This document shows, one piece after another, positions 19,963 through 29,575 of a stretch of DNA of 64,000 nucleotides. Location: the NCBI GenBank assembly GCA_963824605.1, contig CAWGPZ010000009.1:127763-191762 (forward strand), read 5' to 3'. A program made the translations under genes and the position numbers. The notes under the pieces are model-generated. The model ran no database searches. It saw only the letters and a list, made by a program, of their open reading frames with translations, and was not told where the DNA came from. This DNA is from an uncultured Actinomycetota bacterium. GTDB lineage: Bacteria; Actinomycetota; Actinomycetes; JAHEKZ01. Each line of letters starts with the position of its first letter. Within the stretch, counting starts at the first letter, position 1.

Positions 19963-20835
19963 GTGTCAGAGCCCACGCTGCACCTCGGCACTTCGGCATT
20001 CTCAGCCGATGAGCGCGTGATCATGGCCATCGTCAATCGCACACCTGACTCCTTCTACGACGCGGGACGCACCTTCAGCGACGACCGTGCCATGTCCGCA
20101 GTTGACGCTGCCGTTGCGGCCGGGGCAGAGATCGTGGACATCGGGGGCGTCAAGGCGGGGCCGGGTGTCGAGGTCGACCTCGACGAGGAACTCAGCCGCA
20201 CCGTTGACTTCGTCGCAGCCGTTCGTGAGCGTCACCCTGCGGTGATCATCAGCGTTGACACGTGGCGCCATGAAGTCGGTGAGGCCGTCTGTCGTGCTGG
20301 GGCTGACCTGCTCAACGACGCCTGGGGAGGCCACGACCCCGAACTCGCTCACGTCGCCGCGCAGTTCGGGGTGGGCTTGGTGTGCACCCACGCCGGGGGC
20401 GCAGCCCCGCGGACCCGACCGCACCGCGTCCAGTACGAGGACGTGGTCGCGTCCGTCACCGACTTCCTGGGTCAAGAGGCCGCCCGCGCCGAAGCGGCGG
20501 GGGTCGACCATCGACGAATCCTTGTCGATCCAGGCCACGACTTCGGCAAGAACACCCGCCACTCGTTGGCCGTCACGCGCGAGCTCGGTCGACTCACCGC
20601 CCTGGGCCGGCCACTCCTGGTCTCGCTGTCGAACAAGGACTTCGTCGGCGAGACGCTGGATGTCCCAGTGGGCGAGCGACTGGTCGGAACTCTGGCGGCA
20701 ACAGCGATCAGTTCTTGGTTGGGAGCGCAGGTCTTTCGGGTGCACGAGGTGCACGAGACACGGGCGGTGCTGGCGATGGTGCAGGCGATCGCGGGGGCCG
20801 AGGGGCCGGCCGTGGCACGACGCGGGCTCGCCTAG
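19963..20835 (+). CDS. folP: Dihydropteroate synthase (FolP2-type)
   Basis: MAIVNRTPDSFYD, DIGGVKAG, SVDTW, DPGHDFGK, SNKDF, RVHEV. Confidence 0.9.
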   Translation: MSEPTLHLGTSAFSADERVIMAIVNRTPDSFYDAGRTFSDDRAMSAVDAAVAAGAEIVDIGGVKAGPGVEVDLDEELSRTVDFVAAVRERHPAVIISVDTWRHEVGEAVCRAGADLLNDAWGGHDPELAHVAAQFGVGLVCTHAGGAAPRTRPHRVQYEDVVASVTDFLGQEAARAEAAGVDHRRILVDPGHDFGKNTRHSLAVTRELGRLTALGRPLLVSLSNKDFVGETLDVPVGERLVGTLAATAISSWLGAQVFRVHEVHETRAVLAMVQAIAGAEGPAVARRGLA

Positions 20836-22135
20836 ACGCTCTGGCGCGCTGCCGAGCGACATTCGCGCCGGCGTAGGCAACGAATGAGGCAGCGAGCACC
20901 CAGACCGCCACGAGGATCGTGGGCACCTGCCACACCGCGATAGACGTACCGACGGAGGTCCAGTCGGCGAGGCTGCCGGCCAGGACCGCGACGACCGCCT
21001 GGCCCCCCATCAAGGCGACCTGCACAAGAGCAAACACCGGCGCCCGAATCGCCGGGGCCATCTCGCGGACGGCCACGACGTACGTCAGTGCCCCTGGGGC
21101 GCTGATGATCCCGAGCCCGATGTATCCCACCAACGCCGGAACCACGCTTGGAGGCAGCGAGAAGGATGCGATGGCCAAGATGGCACCGGCGGCCATCGTC
21201 AAGGCTGAGAGGCGCATGAGATCGGCGCTGCTGCGTCGACGGGGCAGGACGAGCCCGAGAAGTGCAGCGACAAACGCCATCAAGGCGGCGAGGGGACCAG
21301 CGAAGCCCGGGTGCTTGAACTGGGTGGCGTAGACCACCACCAGCGCCTCGCCCGCCATGATTGTGCTGGCGCTGACCACCGACAGCAGAACCGCACGCCG
21401 GAGCAGCGGACGTCCGACCAGTGCCTTGATCCCGTTGCGCAGCAGCCCCCTGGCTGAGTCGGTGATGTCGGCCAGCGGGTCGAGCTGCGGGACGCCGAGC
21501 AGGAGCAGGCCCGACACCAAGAACGAGAGCGCATTGAGACCGATCGCGAAACCGAAGCCGACGAGCGCCAGGGCGGCACCTCCGACGAGGAAGCCGATCA
21601 TGCTCGCGACCTGCTGTGTCGACTGGAAGAGGACGAGGGCGTCCTCGCGCGTCTCTTCGTCAGGTGCGTACTCCGGCACGGCTGCCGCCCTCGTCGCCTC
21701 GTACACCGAGGTCGGCACCGAGGCCAGGAAGACCAGGGCGAGCAGTGACCACGTTGGCAGATCCGGAACGAGCAGGAAGAGGATCAACGTCGCACGGAGG
21801 AAGTCGGCACCGATCAGGAGCCGTCGCGGCGGGATCTTCGCCGTCCACCCCACCAGGAGAGGTGCGAACAGGTAGGGCAGGTACAGAGCCGCCAGACTGG
21901 CCGACGCAGCAAGGGCGAGGCCGGTGTTCTGATAAAGCAGGGCGGCGATGCCGAGGAGACCGATCCAGTCGCCCATCTCGCTGACCATCTGCGAGATCCA
22001 GAAGCGACGGAGAACGCGGTCCCTGGAGACCACCACTGCCCGTTGGAGACGTCCCGCAACCGCGGACTGGACCGTGACATCCCTCGTGCGCCTACGGCGA
22101 CCCTGCGGTGCTGACTCCTGAGGGCGTTCCACCAA
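20708..22135 (-). CDS. MFS transporter (both ends uncertain)
   Basis: About 12 TM helices, FWISQMVSEMGDW, RRLLIGADFLR; 3' end overlaps folP. Confidence 0.82.
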   Translation of the reverse strand: MVERPQESAPQGRRRRTRDVTVQSAVAGRLQRAVVVSRDRVLRRFWISQMVSEMGDWIGLLGIAALLYQNTGLALAASASLAALYLPYLFAPLLVGWTAKIPPRRLLIGADFLRATLILFLLVPDLPTWSLLALVFLASVPTSVYEATRAAAVPEYAPDEETREDALVLFQSTQQVASMIGFLVGGAALALVGFGFAIGLNALSFLVSGLLLLGVPQLDPLADITDSARGLLRNGIKALVGRPLLRRAVLLSVVSASTIMAGEALVVVYATQFKHPGFAGPLAALMAFVAALLGLVLPRRRSSADLMRLSALTMAAGAILAIASFSLPPSVVPALVGYIGLGIISAPGALTYVVAVREMAPAIRAPVFALVQVALMGGQAVVAVLAGSLADWTSVGTSIAVWQVPTILVAVWVLAASFVAYAGANVARQRARASRRARVVPRPAPRPPRSPAPSPAPPVSRAPRAPERPALPTKN

Positions 22136-22172
22136 GGAGGTATCGGCACGCCCCAGCAGAGCCTTCAGCCGT

Positions 22173-23066
22173 TCAGATGCCCATCATGGGCGGGCTGGCA
22201 GCGCGTCGCTCGGCCTCTTCCTTGATCATTGTCGCGTCGAGTTCCTCCTGCCGCAGCTCGTTCACGCCGGCCTCGTTCTGTTGAATCACCGCTAGAGCCT
22301 CGTCCACGGTGTCGACGACCTGGAGGAGGTGGAGATCTTGGTTGGAGGCCTTGCCACCATCCACCATCGTGTCGCGCAACCACTGGATGAGGCCCCCCCA
22401 GTAGCCGGAATCAACAAGGACGATGGGGAAGGCCGTGACCTTCTGGGTCTGCACCAGAGTCATCGCCTCGAAGAGCTCGTCCATGGTGCCGAAACCACCG
22501 GGGAGCACGATGAAACCTTGCGCGTACTTGACGAACATCGTCTTGCGCGCGAAGAAGTAGCGGAAGTGGACGCCGATGTCGACCCACGGGTTCATGCCCT
22601 GTTCGAAGGGCAGCTCGATCCCGAGGCCCACCGACACGCCCCCGGCGTCGACGGCGCCGCGGTTGGCCGCCTCCATGATCCCTGGGCCACCTCCGGTGAT
22701 CACGGCGTAGCCCGCGCGGGCCAGTCCTGCCCCCACTCGACGTGCTTGCTCGTACTCGGAGTCCTCACGCTGGACACGAGCCGATCCGAAGACACTGATC
22801 GCCGGACCCAGCTCTGCCAATGCCCCGAAACCCTCAACGAACTCGGCCTGAATCCTGAGCACGCGCCACGGGTCGGCGTGCAACCAGTCGCTGGGCCCGG
22901 TGGAGTCGAGCAGTCGCTGATCGGTCGTGCTGCGCTGAACCTGTCCGCGACGGAGCACCACCGGCCCCCGCCGCTTCTCGCGAGGAGGGTCCTGGTCCTT
23001 CGCCTCCCGCCGATCTCCTGGGGTGGCTGGGTTCCCTGACGCAGCGTCACGATCACCGGGATTCAT
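22173..23066 (-). CDS. LOG family (TIGR00730) nucleotide phosphoribohydrolase
   Basis: FGSAR, TGGGPGIMEA, FFARK, PGGFGTMDELFE. Confidence 0.92.
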   Translation of the reverse strand: MNPGDRDAASGNPATPGDRREAKDQDPPREKRRGPVVLRRGQVQRSTTDQRLLDSTGPSDWLHADPWRVLRIQAEFVEGFGALAELGPAISVFGSARVQREDSEYEQARRVGAGLARAGYAVITGGGPGIMEAANRGAVDAGGVSVGLGIELPFEQGMNPWVDIGVHFRYFFARKTMFVKYAQGFIVLPGGFGTMDELFEAMTLVQTQKVTAFPIVLVDSGYWGGLIQWLRDTMVDGGKASNQDLHLLQVVDTVDEALAVIQQNEAGVNELRQEELDATMIKEEAERRAASPPMMGI

Positions 23067-23113
23067 GCGCCCACGCTAGCGGGCTGGCAGACGGAGATAC
23101 TTCGTGCTATCTT

Positions 23114-23133
23114 TTAGTTGTGCTTTCAACTAA
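23114..23133. promoter_or_regulatory. Inverted repeat TTAGTTG-N6-CAACTAA upstream of yceI; putative MarR/RosR-type operator
   Basis: AT-rich palindrome, with an extra TCAACTA half-site immediately downstream. Confidence 0.6.
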
Positions 23134-23169
23134 TGAGACATCAACTACTTTCCCGAAAGGACCACGCAG

Positions 23170-23730
23170 ATGACGACAACGACCGAGTCCCTCGACCTCA
23201 CCACCGGAACCTGGGCCATCGACCCCAGCCACACCCGGGTCGGCTTCTCCGCCAAGCACGCCATGATCGCCAAGGTCCGCGGCCAGTTCTCGGAGTTCTC
23301 CGGCTCGCTCACCCTCGATGGCTCGGCCCCTGAGGCGTCCAAGGCACTCGTCACCATCGACGCGGCCAGCATCTCCACGGGCAGCGACGACCGAGACGCC
23401 CACCTTCGCTCCGGCGACTTCCTGGACGTCGAGGCGTACCCCGAGATCACCTTCGCCTCGACCGGCGTCCGTCACTCCGGTGGCGACGACTTCGTCATGG
23501 TGGGCGACCTGACCATCCGCGGAACCACGCTGCCTGTCGAGCTGGCCGTCGAGCTCGAGGGCCTCGCGACCGACCCCTTCGGCAATGAGCGGATCGGCTT
23601 CGCCGGCGCAACGACCATCAACCGCAAAGACTTCGGCCTCACCTGGAACGCAGCCCTTGAAGCTGGCGGCGTCCTGGTGAGCGACAAGATCACGATCACT
23701 CTCGATGTGAGCGCCATCAAGCAGCCGTAA
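23170..23730 (+). CDS. YceI family protein
   Basis: WAIDPSHT, VRGQF, RDAHLRSGDF, INRKDFGLTWN. Confidence 0.93.
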   Translation: MTTTTESLDLTTGTWAIDPSHTRVGFSAKHAMIAKVRGQFSEFSGSLTLDGSAPEASKALVTIDAASISTGSDDRDAHLRSGDFLDVEAYPEITFASTGVRHSGGDDFVMVGDLTIRGTTLPVELAVELEGLATDPFGNERIGFAGATTINRKDFGLTWNAALEAGGVLVSDKITITLDVSAIKQP

Positions 23731-23739
23731 CCCCTCTAC

Positions 23740-23769
23740 GGGCAGCCCCACCACCTCTTGGGGCTGCCC
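23740..23769. terminator. GC-rich hairpin after yceI
   Basis: GGGCAGCCCCA-N8-TGGGGCTGCCC. Confidence 0.55.
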
Positions 23770-23780
23770 CACCACCTCTA

Positions 23781-23829
23781 GGGCCATGTCACACCGGTTC
23801 GGTCATTTCGAACCGGTGTGACATGGCCC
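23781..23829. terminator. 21-bp perfect inverted repeat between convergent yceI and dapE
   Basis: GGGCCATGTCACACCGGTTCG-gtcattt-CGAACCGGTGTGACATGGCCC followed by CTTTT. Confidence 0.75.
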
Positions 23830-23832
23830 CTT

Positions 23833-24894
23833 TTACGTGGTGAGCCAGGCGTGGAGGTGGTCCTCGCATTCGGTGAGCTGGGTGGCTGACACCCATTCGC
23901 CCGCCGTGTGTGCAACGTGGGGGTCACCGGGGCCGTAGTTGACGGCCGGCACTCCCAAGGCAGAGAACTGCGCCACGTCGGTCCACCCGAACTTGGCCCG
24001 TGGCGTCCCACCGATGGCGGCTGCGAACGCCTGCGCCGCCGGATGCTGGAGACCCGGACGGGCACCGGCCGCGCTGTCCGTGACCGTGACGTCGAACCCC
24101 ACAAAGAGCTCACGCAGGTGCTCTTCGGCAACTTCGGGAGAGCGATCCGGAGCGAACCGGTAGTTGACCGTGACGACGCACTCGCCGGGAACGACATTGC
24201 CCGCCACTCCACCGGTGATCGCCACCGCGTTGAGCCCCTCACGGAAGTCCAGCCCGTCGACCTCCGGACGGCGCGGCTCGTACGCCCGCAGCCGGTCGAG
24301 CACCTCTCCCGCCGCATGGATGGCGTTCGATCCCATCCACGAACGGGCGCTGTGAGCACGCTCGCCCGTCACATGCACGTCGACGCGCATCGTGCCCTGA
24401 CAGCCCCCCTCGACGATGGCGTCCGTGGGCTCGAGCAGCACGGCGAAGTCTGCAGCCAGCCACTCCGGGTGGTTGCGCGTAAGACGCAGAAGCCCATTTC
24501 GCTCCGCCTCTACCTCTTCTCCGTCGTAGAACACGTAGGTGATGTCACGCCTCGAGGATGCGACCGCCGCGGCCAGGCGCAGCATGATCGCGATCCCACC
24601 CTTCATGTCTGCGGTGCCGAGCCCGTGCAGGATGTCGCCCGCACGCCTGGACGGCAGGTTGTCAGCGGGCGGAACGGTGTCCAGGTGCCCGGCGAGAACA
24701 ACTCGCTCGGTCCGCCCCCACGAGGTGCGCGCGACCACCGCATCGCCATCACGATCCACCGTGAGGTGCTCGATGGCGCGCACCGCCACCTCGACGGCGT
24801 CGGCGACTTCCTTCTCGTGCCCGCTCTCGGAGTAGATGTCCACCAGAGCTGCGGTGAGCGAGGCTGTGTCCTGGCCAATGTCGAGAGTCGCCAC
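23833..24894 (-). CDS. dapE: Succinyl-diaminopimelate desuccinylase
   Basis: [32 protein letters not shown]. Confidence 0.92.
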   Translation of the reverse strand: MATLDIGQDTASLTAALVDIYSESGHEKEVADAVEVAVRAIEHLTVDRDGDAVVARTSWGRTERVVLAGHLDTVPPADNLPSRRAGDILHGLGTADMKGGIAIMLRLAAAVASSRRDITYVFYDGEEVEAERNGLLRLTRNHPEWLAADFAVLLEPTDAIVEGGCQGTMRVDVHVTGERAHSARSWMGSNAIHAAGEVLDRLRAYEPRRPEVDGLDFREGLNAVAITGGVAGNVVPGECVVTVNYRFAPDRSPEVAEEHLRELFVGFDVTVTDSAAGARPGLQHPAAQAFAAAIGGTPRAKFGWTDVAQFSALGVPAVNYGPGDPHVAHTAGEWVSATQLTECEDHLHAWLTT

Positions 24895-24911
24895 CTGGGT
24901 ACCGTAACGAT

Positions 24912-25931
24912 GTGACCACTGACAACGCCCAGCCAGCCCCACCGCGCGCCGCCTTCGGGGTCGGCCTCGCCACCATCTCGGACGCCGACGGCCGCGTGCT
25001 CGACGTCCGCTACCCCCGTCTCGGCCTCGGTTGGGATCCCGCCGTCATGCGCCGTGTCGGTGTCAGCGGCTCGGGCCTGGTCGACGTTCCGAGCGACGAG
25101 GCGCACGAACTCGTGGGCGCGGTCATCTCCCACCTGGTCGGCGCCGACCTGCGACGCGGGGTGCGCGTCCAGTTCATCGCGCTGCACGTCGACGATCTGG
25201 ACGCCCCACCGACTGACACGTACGACGCGTACCTGCGGCTGCACCTGCTGTCGGCGCGCCTCGTCCAACCCCGGACGATCAACCTCGATGGCATCTTCGG
25301 CCTGCTCACCAATGTCGTGTGGACGAACTTCGGTCCTTGCCCCGTGGAGAACTTCGAGGCCACCCGTCTGCACCTCATGCAGGACGGTCCGGTCACCATC
25401 CACGGCGTCGACAAGTTCCCCCGCATGGTCGACTACGTCACACCCGTCGGCATTCGTATCGCTGACGCCGACCGTGTGCGACTCGGTGCCCACCTCGCCG
25501 AGGGCACCACTGTCATGCACGAGGGGTTCGTCAACTTCAACGCCGGCACGCTCGGCGCGTCCATGGTCGAAGGCCGCATCAGTGCAGGCGTCGTCGTCGG
25601 CGACGGCTCCGACATCGGCGGTGGAGCGTCCATCATGGGCACGCTCTCCGGTGGCGGCCAAGAGGTCATCCGTATCGGAGAGCGCTGCCTCATCGGGGCC
25701 AACGCAGGCGTCGGGATCTCGCTGGGCGACGACACAGTCGTGGAGGCCGGCCTCTACGTCACGGCCGGCACCAAGGTGACAACGCCGGACGGCCAGGTGG
25801 CCAAGGCGCGAGACCTGTCGGGGCAGGCAGGACTGCTCTTCAGGCGCAACTCGGTCACGGGCGCCGTCGAGGCGGTGGCCCGCAGCGGCTCGTGGGGCGG
25901 CCTGAACGAAGCCCTTCACGCCAACGACTGA
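24912..25931 (+). CDS. dapD: Tetrahydrodipicolinate N-succinyltransferase
   Basis: [29 protein letters not shown], hexapeptide repeats, FRRNS. Confidence 0.93.
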   Translation: MTTDNAQPAPPRAAFGVGLATISDADGRVLDVRYPRLGLGWDPAVMRRVGVSGSGLVDVPSDEAHELVGAVISHLVGADLRRGVRVQFIALHVDDLDAPPTDTYDAYLRLHLLSARLVQPRTINLDGIFGLLTNVVWTNFGPCPVENFEATRLHLMQDGPVTIHGVDKFPRMVDYVTPVGIRIADADRVRLGAHLAEGTTVMHEGFVNFNAGTLGASMVEGRISAGVVVGDGSDIGGGASIMGTLSGGGQEVIRIGERCLIGANAGVGISLGDDTVVEAGLYVTAGTKVTTPDGQVAKARDLSGQAGLLFRRNSVTGAVEAVARSGSWGGLNEALHAND

Positions 25932-25994
25932 CAGCCCTGGCGCCACGCCGCCGATTTCCGACCACCCCCTTCCATGACGCACACTGGGACGACT

Positions 25995-26966
25995 ATGTCC
26001 GAGCGCCCCTCCCGCCTCCGCGGCCCCTTCCTGGGGCTGCTGGCGCTTGCCCTGCCGCTGGCTCTGGTGGCTGGGTTCGTGGTGTGGTGGAACGGCGGGT
26101 TCGGCCCGATCCTGGGGCGAGAGGTGTGCCGCGTCACAGGCCCGGAGGGCACGGTCTCGCTCGACCACGAACAGGTCGCGAACGCCTCGACAGTGGCTGC
26201 AGTTGCTCATCGGCGTGGCTTGCCACCGCGTGCCGTCACGGTCGGCCTGGCCACTGCCATGCAGGAGTCTGAGCTGCGCAATCTCGACGGCGGAGACCAC
26301 GACAGCGCCGGGCTCTTCCAACAACGACCTTCACAGGGCTGGGGGTCGTTCGACCAGGTCACCGACCCGGTCTACGCGGCGGAGGCGTTCTTCTCAGCAC
26401 TCGTCACCGTCGAGCGTTGGCAACAGATGCCGGTGACCGTTGCCGCCCAGACCGTCCAGCGCAGCGCCTACCCCGACGCCTACCAGAAGCATGCTGACGA
26501 GGCGAAGACTCTCACCGCGGCCCTCACTGGACGCCGTGGGGCGGCCTTGTCGTGCACCGTGCGTGCCGAGGACGAGCGCCCACAGAAGATCAACGACGAA
26601 GGTCTCACCCCCCGCGCCTCGGCGCTCCGCAGCGACGTCGAGAACGCATGGGGCACTCAGAGCCTTGGCGGCTTCGCGCCAGGGGGTGTCACGCGTCCGC
26701 AGCCGTCCGCGCACAACGAGGGACGTGCCATCGATGTGTTCTTCGAACCGGCGGGCGAGCCTGAGATGAGGCACGACGGATGGGCGCTTGCCCATTGGCT
26801 GGTCGCCAACGCCGACCAGCTCGACGTCAAGCTCATCATCTACCGCGACAAGATCTGGTCTACCGGGCGAAGCCCTGAGGGCTGGCGCGACTACACGTCG
26901 CCCTACGGAAACCCCAAAGACCCCACGCTGCGTCACCTCGACCACGTTCACGTCGAAGTGACGTGA
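25995..26966 (+). CDS. Membrane-anchored cell-envelope protein with C-terminal putative metallopeptidase domain
   Basis: TM, ATAMQES..DSAGLFQQRPSQGWG..AAQTVQRSAYP; C-terminal HNEGRAID..HLDHVH. Confidence 0.7.
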   Translation: MSERPSRLRGPFLGLLALALPLALVAGFVVWWNGGFGPILGREVCRVTGPEGTVSLDHEQVANASTVAAVAHRRGLPPRAVTVGLATAMQESELRNLDGGDHDSAGLFQQRPSQGWGSFDQVTDPVYAAEAFFSALVTVERWQQMPVTVAAQTVQRSAYPDAYQKHADEAKTLTAALTGRRGAALSCTVRAEDERPQKINDEGLTPRASALRSDVENAWGTQSLGGFAPGGVTRPQPSAHNEGRAIDVFFEPAGEPEMRHDGWALAHWLVANADQLDVKLIIYRDKIWSTGRSPEGWRDYTSPYGNPKDPTLRHLDHVHVEVT

Positions 26967-27020
26967 GTCATGGGTCTCGGCGGTTGCATGAGCCAGGTAC
27001 CGCCGGCAGCTCGCGGTGAA

Positions 27021-28124
27021 CTAGCCGGCGATGCGCGTTGCCGCGGCCTCCACTCGCTCATCGGACGCCGTGAGAGCTACCCGCACATGCTTGGCGCCAC
27101 GAACCCCGTAGAAGTCGCCCGGTGCCACCAGGACACCGCGTTCGGCGAACCACCCCACGGTGTCCATACAGGGCTCGTCGCGCGTGACCCACAGATAGAG
27201 CCCGGCCTCGGAGTGCTCCACAGCGAATCCGGCCTCGTGAACGGCCGCCACCAGTTGCTGCCGGCGTGCGGAGTACCGCTGCCGTTGCTCGACGACGTGC
27301 GCGTCGTCCTCCAACGCAGCCTGCATCGCTGACTGAACCGGTGCCGGCATCATGAAACCTAGGTGCTTGCGTGCCTCGAGCAACGACGCGATGAGCGACG
27401 CATCACCGGTAGCGAATCCCGCGCGATAGCCAGCGAGATTCGACCGCTTCGACAACGAGTGCAGCGCCAGGACGCCGTCCGGTGACTCGCCACAGACGTC
27501 CGGGTGAAGGACCGAGACGGGCCGCGCATCCCACCCCAGCTCGATGTAGCACTCGTCCGACACCACGATCGCGCCACGCTCACGCGCCCATGTGACCACC
27601 TTGCGCAGATGCTCGGTCGGCAGGACGCGTCCGGTGGGATTCGCCGGCGAGTTGAGCCACACCAGATCAATCCGCCCAGGTCCGATCGACATCGTCGAGT
27701 CAGAGGCGACGACGTCGGCGCCGACCACGCGAGCCCCGATGTCGTACGTCGGATAGGCAAGTTCAGGCACCATCACTCGGCTACCGGCCCCAAGCCCGAG
27801 CAGCATCGGCAAGCTCGCCACGAGCTCCTTGGTACCGATGGCCGGCAGGACGGCGTCGGTATCGATGCCCGAGACACCAAGGCGGCGGGTCATCCAGTCG
27901 ACTGCCGCCCCCCGAAGCGACTCCGACCCATGCGTCGTCGGATACCCCGGGGCGTCGGCCGCATCGGCCAATGCCCGCTGGACGATGGGTGGCACCGGAT
28001 CCACGGGGGTGCCTACCGACAGGTCGACGAGTCCATGCGGGTGCGAAGACGCCACAGCGCGGGCGTCAGCCAACCGATCCCACGGGAAGTCAGGGAGCCG
28101 GTCTGAAAGTGGGGTGGGACTCAG
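27021..28124 (-). CDS. dapC: Succinyldiaminopimelate transaminase
   Basis: LPDFPWD, DLSVGTP, NSPANPTG, SDECY, SLSKRSNLAGYR; start uncertain (CTG). Confidence 0.9.
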   Translation of the reverse strand: MSPTPLSDRLPDFPWDRLADARAVASSHPHGLVDLSVGTPVDPVPPIVQRALADAADAPGYPTTHGSESLRGAAVDWMTRRLGVSGIDTDAVLPAIGTKELVASLPMLLGLGAGSRVMVPELAYPTYDIGARVVGADVVASDSTMSIGPGRIDLVWLNSPANPTGRVLPTEHLRKVVTWARERGAIVVSDECYIELGWDARPVSVLHPDVCGESPDGVLALHSLSKRSNLAGYRAGFATGDASLIASLLEARKHLGFMMPAPVQSAMQAALEDDAHVVEQRQRYSARRQQLVAAVHEAGFAVEHSEAGLYLWVTRDEPCMDTVGWFAERGVLVAPGDFYGVRGAKHVRVALTASDERVEAAATRIAG

Positions 28125-28447
28125 TGCTCGACCGCTTGCGGCGGTAGTGCGGCAACAACCGGGTGGTCCTTCGGGATCTTGCCGGTCTTGGCGGCACCAC
28201 CAGGCGAGCCGAGGTCGTCGAAGAACTCGACGTTGGCCTTGTAGAAGTCCTTCCACTGTTCGGGGGTGTCGTCCTCGTAGAAGATCGCCTCGACGGGGCA
28301 GACCGGCTCACATGCACCGCAGTCGACGCACTCATCGGGGTGGATGTAGAGCATCCGTTCGCCCTCGTAAATACAGTCGACAGGGCATTCGTCGACACAC
28401 GCCTTGTCAAGCAAATCGACACACGGCTGGGCGATGACGTAGGTCAC
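28121..28447 (-). CDS. fdxA: Ferredoxin (7Fe type)
   Basis: MTYVIAQPCVD..CPVDCIYEG..CVDCGACEPVCP. Confidence 0.95.
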   Translation of the reverse strand: MTYVIAQPCVDLLDKACVDECPVDCIYEGERMLYIHPDECVDCGACEPVCPVEAIFYEDDTPEQWKDFYKANVEFFDDLGSPGGAAKTGKIPKDHPVVAALPPQAVEH

Positions 28448-28519
28448 AGGCTCCTCCTCGGAATGACGCCGTGCATAGTATTCACGACCGCCGCCCGCTC
28501 CGCCTCCAAGGGGTCGCCC

Positions 28520-29566
28520 GTGTCCAGCACAGAGCCACCCACCCCGATCCCCCGCTGGCCCGATTCGGGCTGGGTAGCCGCGGCCATCGGCCGACGGGTA
28601 AGCGTTCGGCTGACCGCCGGGGGAACCGGCCCAAGCGGGGGGCCAGCCCTCCGAGACGTCGTTGGCTTCCTCGAATCTGCCGCTGGCGACCCCGCACCCA
28701 AATGGTCGATCCGTAGGAGAACCGGCGAGGTCGTCACCGTGGACGTCAGTCGAGTCATTGCTGCCAAGGTCGTTCCGGACGCGCCGCTGCGCCTGCGCTC
28801 GGCGTCCGACATCGACGCCGGCACACTCGAGGCAATCGCCGCCGAGGCCTGGCAGCCCCTTGAACAGGAGTCACTCGGCGGATGGGTGCTGCGGGCTGCC
28901 CGCGGATTCACCGGCAGAGCCAACAGCGTGCTGCCGCTGGGCTCCCCTGGGGTTCCGCTGGACGAGGCACTGACCACCGTCGTCGACTGGTACCGAGCCC
29001 GCTCGCTGCCTCCGACAATCCAGGTTCCATTGCCGCTCCACGAGCGACCTGGACGCCGCACTGAGCGGTGCCGGCTGGCAGCGCCACCAGGACATCGCCG
29101 TGATGGTCGGCGACGTCGCCGCGCTCGCCATGACCACTTCCAGCCCACCTCCCGATGGCATGACGCTGCACATCACCGACACTCCTGCTCCACAGTGGCT
29201 CGCCGCCTTCAGGTACGGCACCAGCTCCCTGCCGTCCGAGGTCACCCCCATCGTGATGAAGGCGAAGCAGCCACTCTTCGCGTCACTTGAGGGACCGGGC
29301 GACGAGGTCTACGGAATCGCCCGCGGAGCTGTCAACGGTCAGTGGCTCGGCGTCACAGCCCTTGAGGTCCCGGAGGCGTACCGACGCCGGGGGTGGGACG
29401 GTCGCTGATGACCGCACTCATCGCTCACGCCGCAGACCACCTGTGCCGCCATGTCTGGCTGCAGGTGGCGCGTGACAACGCTCCAGCGCGGGCTCTCTAT
29501 GACCAGCTCGGTTTCGCTGAGCACCATCACTACGTCTATCGACGCCTCGTTTGCCCTCCTGGGTAG
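28520..29566 (+). CDS. GNAT acetyltransferase with N-terminal extra domain (two compensating frameshifts near 29045 and 29395)
   Basis: GRRVSVR, WVLRAARGFTGRANS, YRRRG, then WLQVARDNAPARALYDQLGF ending TAG 29566. Confidence 0.75.
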
Positions 29567-29575
29567 GGTCGATCT

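Noticed and set aside
24603-26324. 573-aa minus ORF
   Set aside because: Antisense to dapD; typical high-GC shadow
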